Below, one piece after another: positions 46,431-57,500 of a DNA stretch of 61,785 bases. Below the pieces are notes generated by a model. The model did no database searches. It had not been told where the DNA came from and saw nothing but the letters and a program-made list of their open reading frames with translations. The position numbers were made by a program, and so were the translations under genes. Source of the stretch: a virus (taxonomy: Duplodnaviria > Caudoviricetes); the IMG/VR virus record IMGVR_UViG_3300027816_000110, positions 1 through 61,785 of that record. One strand, written 5' to 3'. How positions within the stretch are numbered: position 1 is the first letter of the stretch; each line of letters starts with the position of its first letter.

Positions 46431-48008
46431 ATGGCTTTACAGATATCCATATCAAATGCCATAGGAGCTAGAGCTGTCGCTGGTGGAGGAGGAGTTGACC
46501 CCGATGCACAAGCATTCATTACAGCGGCTGCAATAACAGACCCTACTCAACAAAGTGCTATTAATACTTTGGTAGTTGACTTGAAAGGGTATAATGTTTG
46601 GACTAAAATGAAGGCTTTGTATCCGTTTGTAGGTGGTTCTGCTTTAGCTCACAAGTTTAACTTAAAAGACCCAAGAGATTTAGACGCTGCGTTTAGAATA
46701 ATTTGGAATGGTGGCGTAACTCATGATGCTAATGGTGTTCAATTTGGAGGTGTTAATGGATGGGGTGATACTAAATTTAATATTAATTCATATATTAATA
46801 ATAATCATATATCTTTATATATTAGACAAAATAAAGATGAAGCTGCTGTTGATTGTGGTGTTTATAATTTTGGCTTTCCAACTACATTTATTGATATAGA
46901 GTCAAGAATTTCAAATGTTGCTTATTTTGGAAATTTTACAGCAGGTGGTGATATTATTTCTGTTGCAAATACTGATTCAAGAGGTTTGTATATAAACACA
47001 AGGACATCTTCAACAATATTCAAAATATTTAAAAATAATTCACAATTTGGATTAACAAAAACTGCATCAAGTACAGGTACATTAAATGGTAATTTATCAT
47101 TGGGAGCGCGTTATAATGTATCAACATCAACTCCTGAATCTTATTCATCAAAACAAGTTGCCTTCGCTTCAATAGGTGACGGCTTAACAGACACCGAAGC
47201 AGCTAACTTTTACACAGCGGTACAAGCATTTCAAACAACTTTAGGACGGTCAATAGGCACACAAACAGTATCAGATGCAGATGCACAAGCATTTGTTACT
47301 AACGCAGGTATAGTTGACCAAGTAGAAGCTAACGCAATAAACAATTTAGTAATAGGATTAAAAGCTGATAGCTTGTGGACTAAGATGAAAGCAATCTATC
47401 CTTTTGTTGGTGGAACAAGTACAACGCATAAATATAACCTTGTTAATCCTTTAGATACTGATGCTGCGTTTAGATTAGTGTTTAGCGGTGGTTGGACACA
47501 TAGTTCAACAGGTGCTACTCCAAATGGTACTAATGGTTATGCAGATACTAAATTAATTGCACAAAATGTTTTAGGTTTAAACTCGACAAGTTATGGAGTT
47601 TATTCAAGGACAAATGTAGATAGAAATGCGCCTTCTATTGGCAATGTAACAGGTGGTGCAAGTGCTGAATGTTCTTTATGGTTAAGGTCTGGAAATCTTA
47701 CATATTTAAGAGTAAATAATCCAAGTGCTTCAAGTCAAGCAAATTCAGATTCAAGAGGTTTATTTATAGCAAATAGAGCAAATTCAACACAAATAAATTT
47801 ACAAATAAGAGGAACGCAATATACTTATAGCAATAATAGTAATTCACTTTATGTAAATGCTTTTCATTTAGGCGGTGTCAACCCTAACTTTTTTGATAAT
47901 AAAGAAATTGCATTCTCATTTATAGGAGATGGTTTAACAAGTCAAAATATGACTGACTTAGATACTCGTGTAACTACATTCCAAACAGCATTAAATAGAA
48001 ACGTATAA
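46431..48008 (+). CDS. Fibre/spike-like protein A with two tandem modules
   Basis: Repeated DAQAF...KMKA.YPFVGG and IGDGLT motifs. Confidence 0.6.
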   Translation: MALQISISNAIGARAVAGGGGVDPDAQAFITAAAITDPTQQSAINTLVVDLKGYNVWTKMKALYPFVGGSALAHKFNLKDPRDLDAAFRIIWNGGVTHDANGVQFGGVNGWGDTKFNINSYINNNHISLYIRQNKDEAAVDCGVYNFGFPTTFIDIESRISNVAYFGNFTAGGDIISVANTDSRGLYINTRTSSTIFKIFKNNSQFGLTKTASSTGTLNGNLSLGARYNVSTSTPESYSSKQVAFASIGDGLTDTEAANFYTAVQAFQTTLGRSIGTQTVSDADAQAFVTNAGIVDQVEANAINNLVIGLKADSLWTKMKAIYPFVGGTSTTHKYNLVNPLDTDAAFRLVFSGGWTHSSTGATPNGTNGYADTKLIAQNVLGLNSTSYGVYSRTNVDRNAPSIGNVTGGASAECSLWLRSGNLTYLRVNNPSASSQANSDSRGLFIANRANSTQINLQIRGTQYTYSNNSNSLYVNAFHLGGVNPNFFDNKEIAFSFIGDGLTSQNMTDLDTRVTTFQTALNRNV

Positions 48009-48259
48009 TGAAACTAACAGATTTAACAACAGAACAAAAAGCTACCTATGTCGGACTATTGACTGAGGTACAAAAAGACGAATTAGTAGGTCAATGGTAT
48101 GCACCTGACAGCTTTTTTAATCCTATCCAAGATGTAAACGACAATTGGGTAATATCAATAGAGGAAATGGAGCAATGTGTTAATCCAGACTTTTTATGGG
48201 TTAAAGACCTTGACTTGATTCCTTACGAACCGAAACCAACACCACCACCTTTTGAATAA
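48008..48259 (+). CDS. Partner/chaperone of fibre protein A
   Basis: 83 aa, near-identical to 52959-53210. Confidence 0.55.
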   Translation: MKLTDLTTEQKATYVGLLTEVQKDELVGQWYAPDSFFNPIQDVNDNWVISIEEMEQCVNPDFLWVKDLDLIPYEPKPTPPPFE

Positions 48260-48693
48260 TGAAGATCATCCTATATATCATACTATCAATCGGTCTATTG
48301 TCATGTAGTCCAAAACAACGTTTCAATAGGTTGGTTAAAAATCATCCTTGGTTATTGACTACTGATACCTTGATAATAAAGGATACCATACGAGACACAA
48401 TTAGAATAACAATCCCAGAGGTAAGGGTAGATACTGTTGTAAAGGTTGATCAGTTGTACGATACCGTCACTATAACAAAAGATCGTTTAAAGGTTAAAGT
48501 TTGGAGAGTTGATGACAAGGTGTATATAAACGGAAAGTGCGACACTGTATTTATAGAAAAACCTTACGAGAAGATCATTGAAAGAAAGATACCAGTAAAG
48601 TACTATGAGAAAGACAACAAGATGTGGCTATATAGAATACTAGGCATCTTGTTTATATTTTTAGTTGTTTACATCATATATTCAAAAAAATGA
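48259..48693 (+). CDS. Lipoprotein, spanin-like
   Basis: LLSC lipobox, DT-rich middle, C-terminal TM helix; next to holin and endolysin. Confidence 0.6.
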   Translation: MKIILYIILSIGLLSCSPKQRFNRLVKNHPWLLTTDTLIIKDTIRDTIRITIPEVRVDTVVKVDQLYDTVTITKDRLKVKVWRVDDKVYINGKCDTVFIEKPYEKIIERKIPVKYYEKDNKMWLYRILGILFIFLVVYIIYSKK

Positions 48694-49112
48694 AAATTAA
48701 GATCTTAATAGCATCCTTACTAGCTATAATAAGTCCAGTAAAGCCAATGATATACATAGCGATATGTGCTATATTATTAGACACTATGTTCGGCATCTGG
48801 CGAAGTGTTAAAAAGAACGGATGGGGCTCTATAAAGAGCAGGAAGTTATCACATACCATAAGTAAGTCAGTTCTTTACTCTGGAGCTATTGTTTTCGTGT
48901 TCTTGATAGAGAAGTATATCGCTGCTGATTTAGTGGCTGAGTTCATCTCTGTTGAGCTAATAATGACAAAGGTTGTCGCACTTGGGTGTGTGTTTGTTGA
49001 GATATTGTCAATCAACGAAAATTATGAGGCTGTAACAGGCAAGAATATCATAAAGTCTCTTAGATCATTTGTATTAAGAGCAAAAGAGGAAGCTGAAAAA
49101 ATTAAACAATAA
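48690..49112 (+). CDS. Holin
   Basis: Several TM helices; DTMFGIW, S.KL, EILSINEN motifs. Confidence 0.8.
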   Translation: MKIKILIASLLAIISPVKPMIYIAICAILLDTMFGIWRSVKKNGWGSIKSRKLSHTISKSVLYSGAIVFVFLIEKYIAADLVAEFISVELIMTKVVALGCVFVEILSINENYEAVTGKNIIKSLRSFVLRAKEEAEKIKQ

Positions 49113-49753
49113 TGGATACTACTAAAATCGTACAGCAAAGACTTCCAGAGTCTCAGTACATTGCAGAGAACACTGCTAAAAATCAAATCTATTTACACCA
49201 CACAGCTGGTAATAAGAACGCGGTAAACACAATTAAAGGTTGGGAATCTAACAAAGAGCGTGTAGCTACTGCATTTGTGATAGGATACGAAGGTACGATA
49301 GCACAAGCGTTTAGTTCAAGAGATTGGGCGTGGCACTTAGGTGTAAAAGACAGCGTGTTTAAAGGTCAAGGATTGCCATATAAGAACTTAGATAAGTATT
49401 CGGTAGGTATAGAGATAACTAACTGGGCGTACTTGGTAGAGAAAGGTGGAAAGTATTATAACTATGTTGGTGGTGTTGTTGATCCTTCAGAGGTTACTGT
49501 TTTAGATAAGCCATTCAAAAGACATAAACTTTGGCACAAATACTCAGACAAGCAGATAGAGGCTACAAGAGAGCTTCTTGTTTATCTTGGTGAGACATAT
49601 GGCATAAGTCTAAAATATAACGATGACATATGGGATTTATCTAAACGTGCATTAAAAGGTGAGAACGGTCTATACACACATAACTCTGTTAGGGTTGATA
49701 AGTCAGACGTTTACCCTTGTCCACGATTAATTAAAATGTTAAAAGGATTATGA
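49112..49753 (+). CDS. Endolysin, N-acetylmuramoyl-L-alanine amidase
   Basis: IYLHHTAG, AWHLG, SVGIEI, THNSVR.DKSD. Confidence 0.9.
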   Translation: MDTTKIVQQRLPESQYIAENTAKNQIYLHHTAGNKNAVNTIKGWESNKERVATAFVIGYEGTIAQAFSSRDWAWHLGVKDSVFKGQGLPYKNLDKYSVGIEITNWAYLVEKGGKYYNYVGGVVDPSEVTVLDKPFKRHKLWHKYSDKQIEATRELLVYLGETYGISLKYNDDIWDLSKRALKGENGLYTHNSVRVDKSDVYPCPRLIKMLKGL

Positions 49754-49887
49754 AAAAGAAGGCAGACGAGGTAAAGAGATTTGAAAAAAAGTATGTAAGC
49801 CGACCAGGTGTTCATGCTAAAACAAAACAGTCAAAAATAAAGACCAGTAAACTATACAAGAAGGGATATAGAGGTCAAGGAAAATAA
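49750..49887 (+). CDS. Small basic peptide ending YRGQGK (45 aa)
   Basis: Translated by hand; RPGVHAK...KGYRGQGK. Confidence 0.6.
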   Translation: MKKKADEVKRFEKKYVSRPGVHAKTKQSKIKTSKLYKKGYRGQGK

Positions 49888-49888
49888 C

Positions 49889-49896
49889 TATATTTG
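49889..49896 (+). promoter_or_regulatory. Bacteroidota -7 promoter element TATATTTG
   Basis: TAnnTTTG only 4 nt before ATG 49901, implying a near-leaderless transcript. Confidence 0.5.
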
Positions 49897-49900
49897 TATT

Positions 49901-50344
49901 ATGAAAGTAAATAATTATCCACTAAAGACACCTAGCGCAGGAGATAAACTATTTGGTAGCGATTCTAATGGCGATCAGAAACAGTTTGACATGTCTAACT
50001 TTAGTAGTACTACATATAAAGTTTATACGGCATTATTAACTCAATCAGGTATTAGCGATCCAACGGCTGTTGTTCTAGATAACACATTATCTGGTTCTAT
50101 TGTATGGACTAGGTTAGGCATGGGTAATTATAAAGCCACACTTGTTGGAGAGTTTCCAGATGCCGATAAGGTGTTAATACTTGTAAACCAAGCTGGTACT
50201 TTTCCATTAGGTGGAGGTGATTCTGTATATACTTATGCATATGTAAACGATGCTGACAGTATTATACTAGATACTTTATTAAGTAGTAACTATCAAGATG
50301 CTATGTTGTACAAGACTAGTTTTGAGATAAGAGTATATAACTAA
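49901..50344 (+). CDS. Putative tail/fibre accessory protein
   Basis: YKVYTALLTQSG...SFEIRVY motif. Confidence 0.55.
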   Translation: MKVNNYPLKTPSAGDKLFGSDSNGDQKQFDMSNFSSTTYKVYTALLTQSGISDPTAVVLDNTLSGSIVWTRLGMGNYKATLVGEFPDADKVLILVNQAGTFPLGGGDSVYTYAYVNDADSIILDTLLSSNYQDAMLYKTSFEIRVYN

Positions 50345-50349
50345 GCATT

Positions 50350-50979
50350 ATGAGTATACCATCTGGCACACGATTTATAGGAATTCTACCAGGAGTTGAC
50401 ATGGTTGAAAGAAAATCAACACAAGCAAATAGTCCTACTGAAGTTTATACAATAGAGCAGATACAAGGTAATATAGGTTTGTTTGCTCAGACGGCAAACA
50501 GTACTCCTATTACTAATACTATAGTAGAGACATCTCTGATCAATGGAGGTGTGGGATCACTATCTGTGCCAGCCAATGGATTTCAAATAGGAGATAGCTT
50601 TAGAGCTGTAATGGCTGGTATATTAAATGCTACTAACAATCAAACTATAAGAATAAGAGTTAAATCTGGTTCTGTGATCTTGCTTGATAGCGGTGCTCAA
50701 CCTATTTCTAACATCACAAATGATGTATTCTCTTTAAATATAGATTTTACCATTAGACAGTTAGGTGCTGCTGGTGTAGCTTCTATAGTTTCATTAGGAA
50801 CATTTCACTATGTGAAAACATCAAATGGTGTTTTGGAAGGATTTGCTTTTAATCAAGTTAATAATACAACATTTAATACTACTATATCTAATACACTTGA
50901 TATAACAGTACAATGGGGTGCTGCCAACGCGGCTAATAGTATTTACAGTGATATATTTATACTAAACAAAACATATTAA
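50350..50979 (+). CDS. Putative fibre/decoration protein
   Basis: Beta-rich; shares N-terminal 40 aa with next gene. Confidence 0.55.
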   Translation: MSIPSGTRFIGILPGVDMVERKSTQANSPTEVYTIEQIQGNIGLFAQTANSTPITNTIVETSLINGGVGSLSVPANGFQIGDSFRAVMAGILNATNNQTIRIRVKSGSVILLDSGAQPISNITNDVFSLNIDFTIRQLGAAGVASIVSLGTFHYVKTSNGVLEGFAFNQVNNTTFNTTISNTLDITVQWGAANAANSIYSDIFILNKTY

Positions 50980-50980
50980 A

Positions 50981-51424
50981 ATGAGTATACCAGCAGGCAC
51001 AAAGTTTATAGGAATAGCTCCAGACGTTGATACATATGAAAGAAAATCAGCTCAGGCCAACAGCCCATCAAATGTATATACTATTGAGGATATACAAACA
51101 TTAGTAAAAACACCTTCAGTTCAGTCTGTTGTTAGTTCAGCTACTGTTACGCCAGTATATGGCAATGACATTGTAGTGATAACTGCTCAAGCGGCTGCCT
51201 TAGCTTTAGCTAATCCTACAGGTACATGGCCACAAGGCAAGGATATGATGATAAGAATTAAAGATGATGGTACTGCAAGAGCTATTACATTTGATACCAA
51301 ATATAGAGCGATAGGTGTTACGTTGCCAGCTACAACTGTTATAAGTAAGACAACATATGTTGGCGTTATATATAACGCTACTGACGATAAGTTTGATGTA
51401 ATTGGCGTAACTACTGAGGCATGA
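50981..51424 (+). CDS. Putative fibre/decoration protein
   Basis: IRIKDDGTARAIT..YR..GVTLP motif. Confidence 0.55.
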   Translation: MSIPAGTKFIGIAPDVDTYERKSAQANSPSNVYTIEDIQTLVKTPSVQSVVSSATVTPVYGNDIVVITAQAAALALANPTGTWPQGKDMMIRIKDDGTARAITFDTKYRAIGVTLPATTVISKTTYVGVIYNATDDKFDVIGVTTEA

Positions 51425-52962
51425 GTTATTACAACTTAATATCCTTAATGCCTAAGACTCCTGCAGTTGACCCCGATGCACAAGCATTCATAACAGCTGC
51501 TGCAATTACAGACCCTACACAACAAAGTGCTATTAATCAATTAGTAGTTGACTTAAAAGGGTATAGCATTTGGAGTAAAATGAAGGCTTTGTATCCTTTT
51601 GTAGGTGGAAGCAGTACAAGTAATTCTTACAACCTACGCAATACAGCACAATATCAATTATCATTTAGTGGTGGTGCAACACATAATTCTAATGGTTATA
51701 CGTCTGGTGTTAATGGATATGCAAATACGGGATTAAATCCAAATACAGCATTTAGCACAAATGATTCAATGCATTTATCATTGTATTCAAGAACAAATAA
51801 TGATTTAGGAGGTTTGGATTTTGGAGGTTTAAATGCGTCAGCTGTAACTGGTTTATATGCGAGATTTTCAAATAATGCTTATGCTTATATTAATGGAGGC
51901 TCAGGAGTATTAACTGGAAACACAAATTCAACAGGTTTTTATGTTGGAACAAGGACGGCTTCAAATGTTTTAAAATTATTTAAAAGTGGAACACAATTAG
52001 GAAGCACATATACAGGAGCAAATGGAGCAAGACTTGATTTAAATGCTTTTTTAGGCGCTCTAAATGTTAGTGGAACAGCTCAATACTACACACAAAGAAA
52101 TTACGCTTTTGCCTCAATAGGTGATGGTTTAACAGACGCCGAAGCACTTAACTTTTACACAGCAGTACAAGCATTCCAAACAACTTTAGGACGTTCTATA
52201 GGCACACAAACAGTATCAGATGCAGATGCTCAAGCCTTTGTTACAGCAGCAGATATTCAAGACCAAGTAGAAGCAAACGCAATTAACAACCTTGTTATAG
52301 GAATGAAAGCGGATGGTTTGTGGACTAAGATGAAAGCGGTTTATCCATTTGTTGGCGGTACAAGTACAAGCACATCTTATAATCTTAAGAATACAGCTCA
52401 ATATCAAATTACTTGGAACGGTGGAATCACGCACAGTTCAACAGGAGTTTTGCCTAACGGAACAAATGGTTATGGTTCAACAGGATTTTTCTTTGATTCT
52501 ACAACAGCATTAAGCTCACATATATCAACTTACATAAGGACAAATTCTACTACATTAGCTTGTGAAATTGGTAGCGGAAATTCAAGTGGTTCTGATGAAT
52601 GTTTTATTGTTAGAAATGGAAGTACATATTTAAACAATCAATGTAGTGGACAAGCACAAAGAATAAATCCAAGTGTTGCCGATGCAAGAGGTTTAATTTT
52701 AAATTCTCGTAGAGCTAATAATGATTGGGAAACATATAAAAATGGTTCGTCTTTAGGTACAAATACAGCAAATAACACATATACTGGAGGTTCTTCTTAT
52801 ATTTTAAATTTATTTAGAAGAGGAGGAATAGGAACTAATGATTTATATTCAGCTAAAGAAACGGCATTTGCCTCAATAGGTGACGGCTTAACAGATACCG
52901 AAGCGGCTAACCTTTACACAGCCGTACAAGCATTCCAAACAGCATTAAATAGAAATATATGA
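51421..52962 (+). CDS. Fibre/spike-like protein B with two tandem modules (paralog of 46431-48008)
   Basis: Same conserved flanks as protein A, different cores. Confidence 0.6.
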   Translation: MSYYNLISLMPKTPAVDPDAQAFITAAAITDPTQQSAINQLVVDLKGYSIWSKMKALYPFVGGSSTSNSYNLRNTAQYQLSFSGGATHNSNGYTSGVNGYANTGLNPNTAFSTNDSMHLSLYSRTNNDLGGLDFGGLNASAVTGLYARFSNNAYAYINGGSGVLTGNTNSTGFYVGTRTASNVLKLFKSGTQLGSTYTGANGARLDLNAFLGALNVSGTAQYYTQRNYAFASIGDGLTDAEALNFYTAVQAFQTTLGRSIGTQTVSDADAQAFVTAADIQDQVEANAINNLVIGMKADGLWTKMKAVYPFVGGTSTSTSYNLKNTAQYQITWNGGITHSSTGVLPNGTNGYGSTGFFFDSTTALSSHISTYIRTNSTTLACEIGSGNSSGSDECFIVRNGSTYLNNQCSGQAQRINPSVADARGLILNSRRANNDWETYKNGSSLGTNTANNTYTGGSSYILNLFRRGGIGTNDLYSAKETAFASIGDGLTDTEAANLYTAVQAFQTALNRNI

Positions 52963-53210
52963 AACTAACAGATTTAACAACAGAACAAAGACTAACTTAT
53001 GTAGGCTTGCTTACTGAGTTACAAAAAGACGAATTAATCGGTCAATGGTATGCACCTGACAGCTACTTCAATCCTATCCAAGATGTTAACGACAATTGGG
53101 TAATATCAGTTGAAGAAATGGAGCAGTGTGTAAACCCTGACTTTTTATGGGTTAAAGACCTTGACTTGATTCCTTACGAACCGAAACCAACACCACCACC
53201 TTTTGAATAA
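52959..53210 (+). CDS. Partner/chaperone of fibre protein B
   Basis: Near-identical duplicate of 48008-48259. Confidence 0.55.
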   Translation: MKLTDLTTEQRLTYVGLLTELQKDELIGQWYAPDSYFNPIQDVNDNWVISVEEMEQCVNPDFLWVKDLDLIPYEPKPTPPPFE

Positions 53211-53216
53211 AATCAC

Positions 53217-53224
53217 TATATTTG
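53217..53224 (+). promoter_or_regulatory. Bacteroidota -7 promoter element TATATTTG
   Basis: TAnnTTTG before the packaging operon. Confidence 0.65.
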
Positions 53225-53243
53225 TACTATAAATTAAATTAAA

Positions 53244-53480
53244 ATGAAAAAATTAGAAGAACAAGATCTCAATAAATTGGTTGAGCTGAACAGAAGGTAC
53301 AGAGACCTTAAGTTCGAAGTGGCTGATATCGAACTAACATTCGAACGTCTAAAAAGCCAGAAACTAACAGTAATAACAGAGCTTGAAATCGCAGTGCAAG
53401 AATTCTCTTCTTTTCAGAAGGACGTTCAAGAAAGATATGGCGCAAGCAATATTAATCTATTAACAGGTGAATATAATTAG
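53244..53480 (+). CDS. Coiled-coil (prefoldin-like) small protein
   Basis: Heptads ending ERYGASNINLLTGEY. Confidence 0.55.
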   Translation: MKKLEEQDLNKLVELNRRYRDLKFEVADIELTFERLKSQKLTVITELEIAVQEFSSFQKDVQERYGASNINLLTGEYN

Positions 53481-53685
53481 AAAAATATCAGTTGGGCCAG
53501 ACTACATGAAGTGCATGCACTACACAGTAGGTCAGAAGGTCTTAAACAGCGAGTATACGATCTATGCTATCAAGCTTGGTACCGAAGGGTACCAGGTTTG
53601 GATAGAGAGAGAAGGAGAGATCATATGCTGGAAGCAGTTTTCTAATACAATGCCAGTATCAGTAGAATACAAAATAGATTTTTAA
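53467..53685 (+). CDS. Conserved hypothetical protein
   Basis: IRKISVGPDY..MHY.VGQ...WK.F..MPVSVEY. Confidence 0.6.
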   Translation: MNIIRKISVGPDYMKCMHYTVGQKVLNSEYTIYAIKLGTEGYQVWIEREGEIICWKQFSNTMPVSVEYKIDF

Positions 53686-53686
53686 T

Positions 53687-54247
53687 ATGAAGTCGCCATA
53701 TTGCTTTATCATCAAAGCTGTTGATGGGAGGCGATATGATAACATCAGAAATTACGAAGGTAAGGAGTTCATCATAAGTTCATCCCAAGAAGATCACAAG
53801 GTATCAAACAGATTTGCTACCGTTATATCAACACCTATATATTACAACGGACCAATAAAACCGAACGATGTTGTTGTAGTCCATCATAACGTGTTTAAAT
53901 TTTATTACGACATGAAGGGCAGACAAAAGAGCAGTTGGCATCACTTGACTGACGATCTGTTTATCGTTGAGATAGATCAAGTATATCTGTATTCCAGAGA
54001 TGGAGGCAGATGGGCTGCTCCGTCTCCATTTTGTTTTATTCGTCCTATACCATCTGAAGACAAGATATTTAGTTCAACATCTGGACTTGAAGAACTGTGG
54101 GGTGAGTTGGTATTTAAGAACGAAGAAATGACAGAAGTCACTGAAGGTGACATCGTATCATTTACTCCAGACAGTGAATATGAGTTCAGAATAAATGAAG
54201 AAGTTTTATATAGAATGTACAATCGGAATATATGTCTAAAAAAATAG
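53687..54247 (+). CDS. Double GroES-like domain protein
   Basis: ATVISTP...IKPNDVVVVHHNVF and GDIVSFTPDSEYEF. Confidence 0.55.
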   Translation: MKSPYCFIIKAVDGRRYDNIRNYEGKEFIISSSQEDHKVSNRFATVISTPIYYNGPIKPNDVVVVHHNVFKFYYDMKGRQKSSWHHLTDDLFIVEIDQVYLYSRDGGRWAAPSPFCFIRPIPSEDKIFSSTSGLEELWGELVFKNEEMTEVTEGDIVSFTPDSEYEFRINEEVLYRMYNRNICLKK

Positions 54248-54498
54248 AAATATTAGAAGCTGCGAAGGTAGCCATAGATGAGCTTATAAAGGTATTAAGA
54301 GAGCCAATTATAACTAGATCTGAGGATGACATATCTGCTGATAAGTTAAAGAATGCTGCATCTGCAAAGCGTCTTGCATTTGAGGACGCACTTAGTATGT
54401 TACAAAAGATAGAGCAGGAAGAAAATGCAGAATCACCAAAGGCAGAAGTTACTCTTGGAAATAAGGGATTCGCTGAGGGTAGAGTAAAAAAGAAGTAA
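54232..54498 (+). CDS. Putative terminase small subunit
   Basis: Helical, KLKNAASAK...GFAE; immediately upstream of terL. Confidence 0.45.
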   Translation: MSKKIEILEAAKVAIDELIKVLREPIITRSEDDISADKLKNAASAKRLAFEDALSMLQKIEQEENAESPKAEVTLGNKGFAEGRVKKK

Positions 54499-54523
54499 AT
54501 ACTTTTTACAAATAAATGTATAA

Positions 54524-57500
54524 ATGGAAAATAGTCTTTACACTATAGTAAATAATCACATACACAAAACTGCATTAACAACAAAAAATGCAAAGAAATC
54601 TTGGACGTATGGTTATCATCCAGATTATGATCTAGTTGTGATATCAAGGGATGGTACTATAGGTGAAATATATGATATAAACGGTGTAAAGATTGCGCTT
54701 CCATCAGAACCAAGCTCATTACATAAAGGTTCAAACAAGTGGGTAGCAGAAGAATATCCATCAGAACTACAGAAGATAAAAACTGTATTTGATTGGAATA
54801 GAAAAGACAATACATTTAAATCAAAGTATGTAGATTATATAGAACAAGAGTTTGACAGAAGAGATTATGGGCATTGGTTTATGAATAACGGTAAGCCAAC
54901 ATATATAACTGGAACTCATTATATGTATTTACAATGGACAAAGATAGATATAGGTCTTCCAGAATTTAGGGAATCTAACAGAATATTTTATATATACTGG
55001 GAAGCATGCAAGGCTGACAACAGATCTTTTGGTATGTGTTACCTAAAGAACAGACGTTCTGGTTTCTCATTTATGTCGTCTGCTGAGGTCTGTAATACTG
55101 CAACTTTAGCAAAAGACGCTAGAGTAGGTATACTGTCAAAGACTGGTAGTGATGCCAAGAAGATGTTTACAGATAAGGTAGTACCCATTGTAAGAAACTA
55201 TCCTTTCTTCTTCAAACCTATACAGGACGGTATGGATAACCCGAAGACTGAGTTAGCGTTTAGGGTTCCAGCAAGTAAGATCACTAGGAGAAACATGGAT
55301 GAAGAAAAGACTGAAGATATTGAAGGTCTTGATACAACTATTGACTGGAAGAATACAGCAGACAACAGTTATGACGGTGAGAAATTACTGATGCTTGTTC
55401 ACGATGAGTGTTACGACCCCGAAACAAATATACTTATGTCTGATTTTAAATTTAAAAAAATAAAAGACATTAATATAGGAGACAAGGTAATTGTTGAAGG
55501 AGGTATTATTAAAACGGTTGTTAAGAAAACATCTGGAATAACAGAAAAATATTTAGTTAGTCAACCTTATGCTAAAGATTATGTAGTAACCAAGAATCAT
55601 AGATTATTATTCAACAGTTATGGTAAAGGAGAAGTTATAATGACTCCAGAGGAATACATAAATAGTTCTAATTGTTTAAAAAGGCATATAACAAGAGTAG
55701 CTTCAAAAGGAATAGAATCAGAGGATTGTTTTGATGGAATACCTCCTTATTTATTAGGTCTTTGGTTAGGTGACGGAAGAAGTAACTCATTTACTATACT
55801 TGTTAATAAAACAGAGGAGCCTGAGATACTTGATTATCTAGGAAAGATGTCTTTAATGATGAATATAGATTTCGAATTAAAAAAATCTACATCCGATAAA
55901 ATAGTTGAATTCTCATTCAAAGGAATAAATAAAGAACTTAAAAAAATAAATGTATATAAAAACAAACATATACCAGAAGATTACATAAAATCATCAATAG
56001 AGTCAAGATTACAACTTTTAGCTGGTATAATAGAAACAGATGGATATTGCGATAAGAAAAAGAAATCTATAGAGATAGGAATGAGTAGAAAAGATTTGGT
56101 GGAGCAAATTAGATTTATAGCGCTTTCTTGCGGATTATCATGTAGTAATATCTCTCACAAAAAAAGTAATTATGATACAGATGTGTATAGAATATTTATA
56201 TCTGGAGATTTATCAATAATACCTTTATTAACAGCTAAAAAATCATTTGAAGGATATCAACCTAAAACAAAAGGAAGAAGAAATAAAGTAAGTGTAAGTC
56301 ATATAGGTTTAGGTGAATATGTTGGAATACAAGTTGATGCAGAAAATGACAATGAAAGAAAATTAATATTAGATGATTTCACATTGAGCATGAATAGCGG
56401 AAAATGGGAGAAACCAGAAAACATCTTAAACAACTGGAGGGTAACAAAGACGTGTCTTCGTTTAGGAGCTAAGATAGTAGGTAAGTGTATGATGGGATCA
56501 ACGTCTAATGCTCTTCCAAAAGGTGGTCAGAATTTTAAGGATTTATACTACGACAGCAGTATATCTAAAAGGTCAGCAAATCATCAAACAAAGAGTGGTT
56601 TGTATTCATTATTCATTCCTATGGAGTGGAACGTAGAAGGATATATCGATGAGTTTGGATGGCCAGTATTTACAGATCCAAGTAAACCAGTGAAGGGTAT
56701 AGATGGTGAGATGATAACTCAAGGCGTTATTACTTGGTGGGAGAACGAGGTAGCCGCATTAAAATCTGATGCTGACGCTCTTAATGAATTCTATAGACAG
56801 TACCCAAGGACTGAGTCTCATGCATTTAGAGATGAGTCTAAGCATTCATTATTTAACTTAACTAAGATATATCAACAGATAGACTACAATGACTCTCTAA
56901 TAAAGGAGAAGTTTTTAACTAGGGGTTATTTCCACTGGAAGAACGGAGAGGTTGATAGCGAGGTTATTTGGACTCCAGATCCTAAAGGTAGGTTTATAGT
57001 TTCATGGATACCTAATCAAGAATTAAGAAATAGAAAAATAGTAAGAAATGGAAAATTTTATCCAGGTAATGAAAGCCTTGGTGCTTTTGGTTGTGACCCT
57101 TATGATATCTCTGGTGTTGTTGGTGGGGGTGGTTCTAACGGTGCTCTTCATGGTGTTACTTCGTTTCATATGGAGCAAAATGTACCGTGCAATGAATTCT
57201 TTTTAGAGTACATAGCTAGACCTCAAACGGCTGAGATATTCTTCGAGGATGTGCTTATGGCATGTGTGTTTTATGGTATGCCGATACTTGCTGAAAACAA
57301 CAAGGCTAGACTGCTGTACCATTTTAAAAACAGAGGATACAGGGCATACTCCATGAACAGGCCAGACAAACATCAGTCAAAGTTGTCTAAAACTGAGATA
57401 GAGATAGGCGGTATACCTAACTCATCAGAAGATATGAGGCAAGCTCATGCATCTGTAATTAACACTTACATAGAGGAGCATGTAGGCTTTGATAACGAGG

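Noticed and set aside
46431-53210. Diversity-generating retroelement
   Set aside because: No reverse transcriptase, and differences between copies are not adenine-specific
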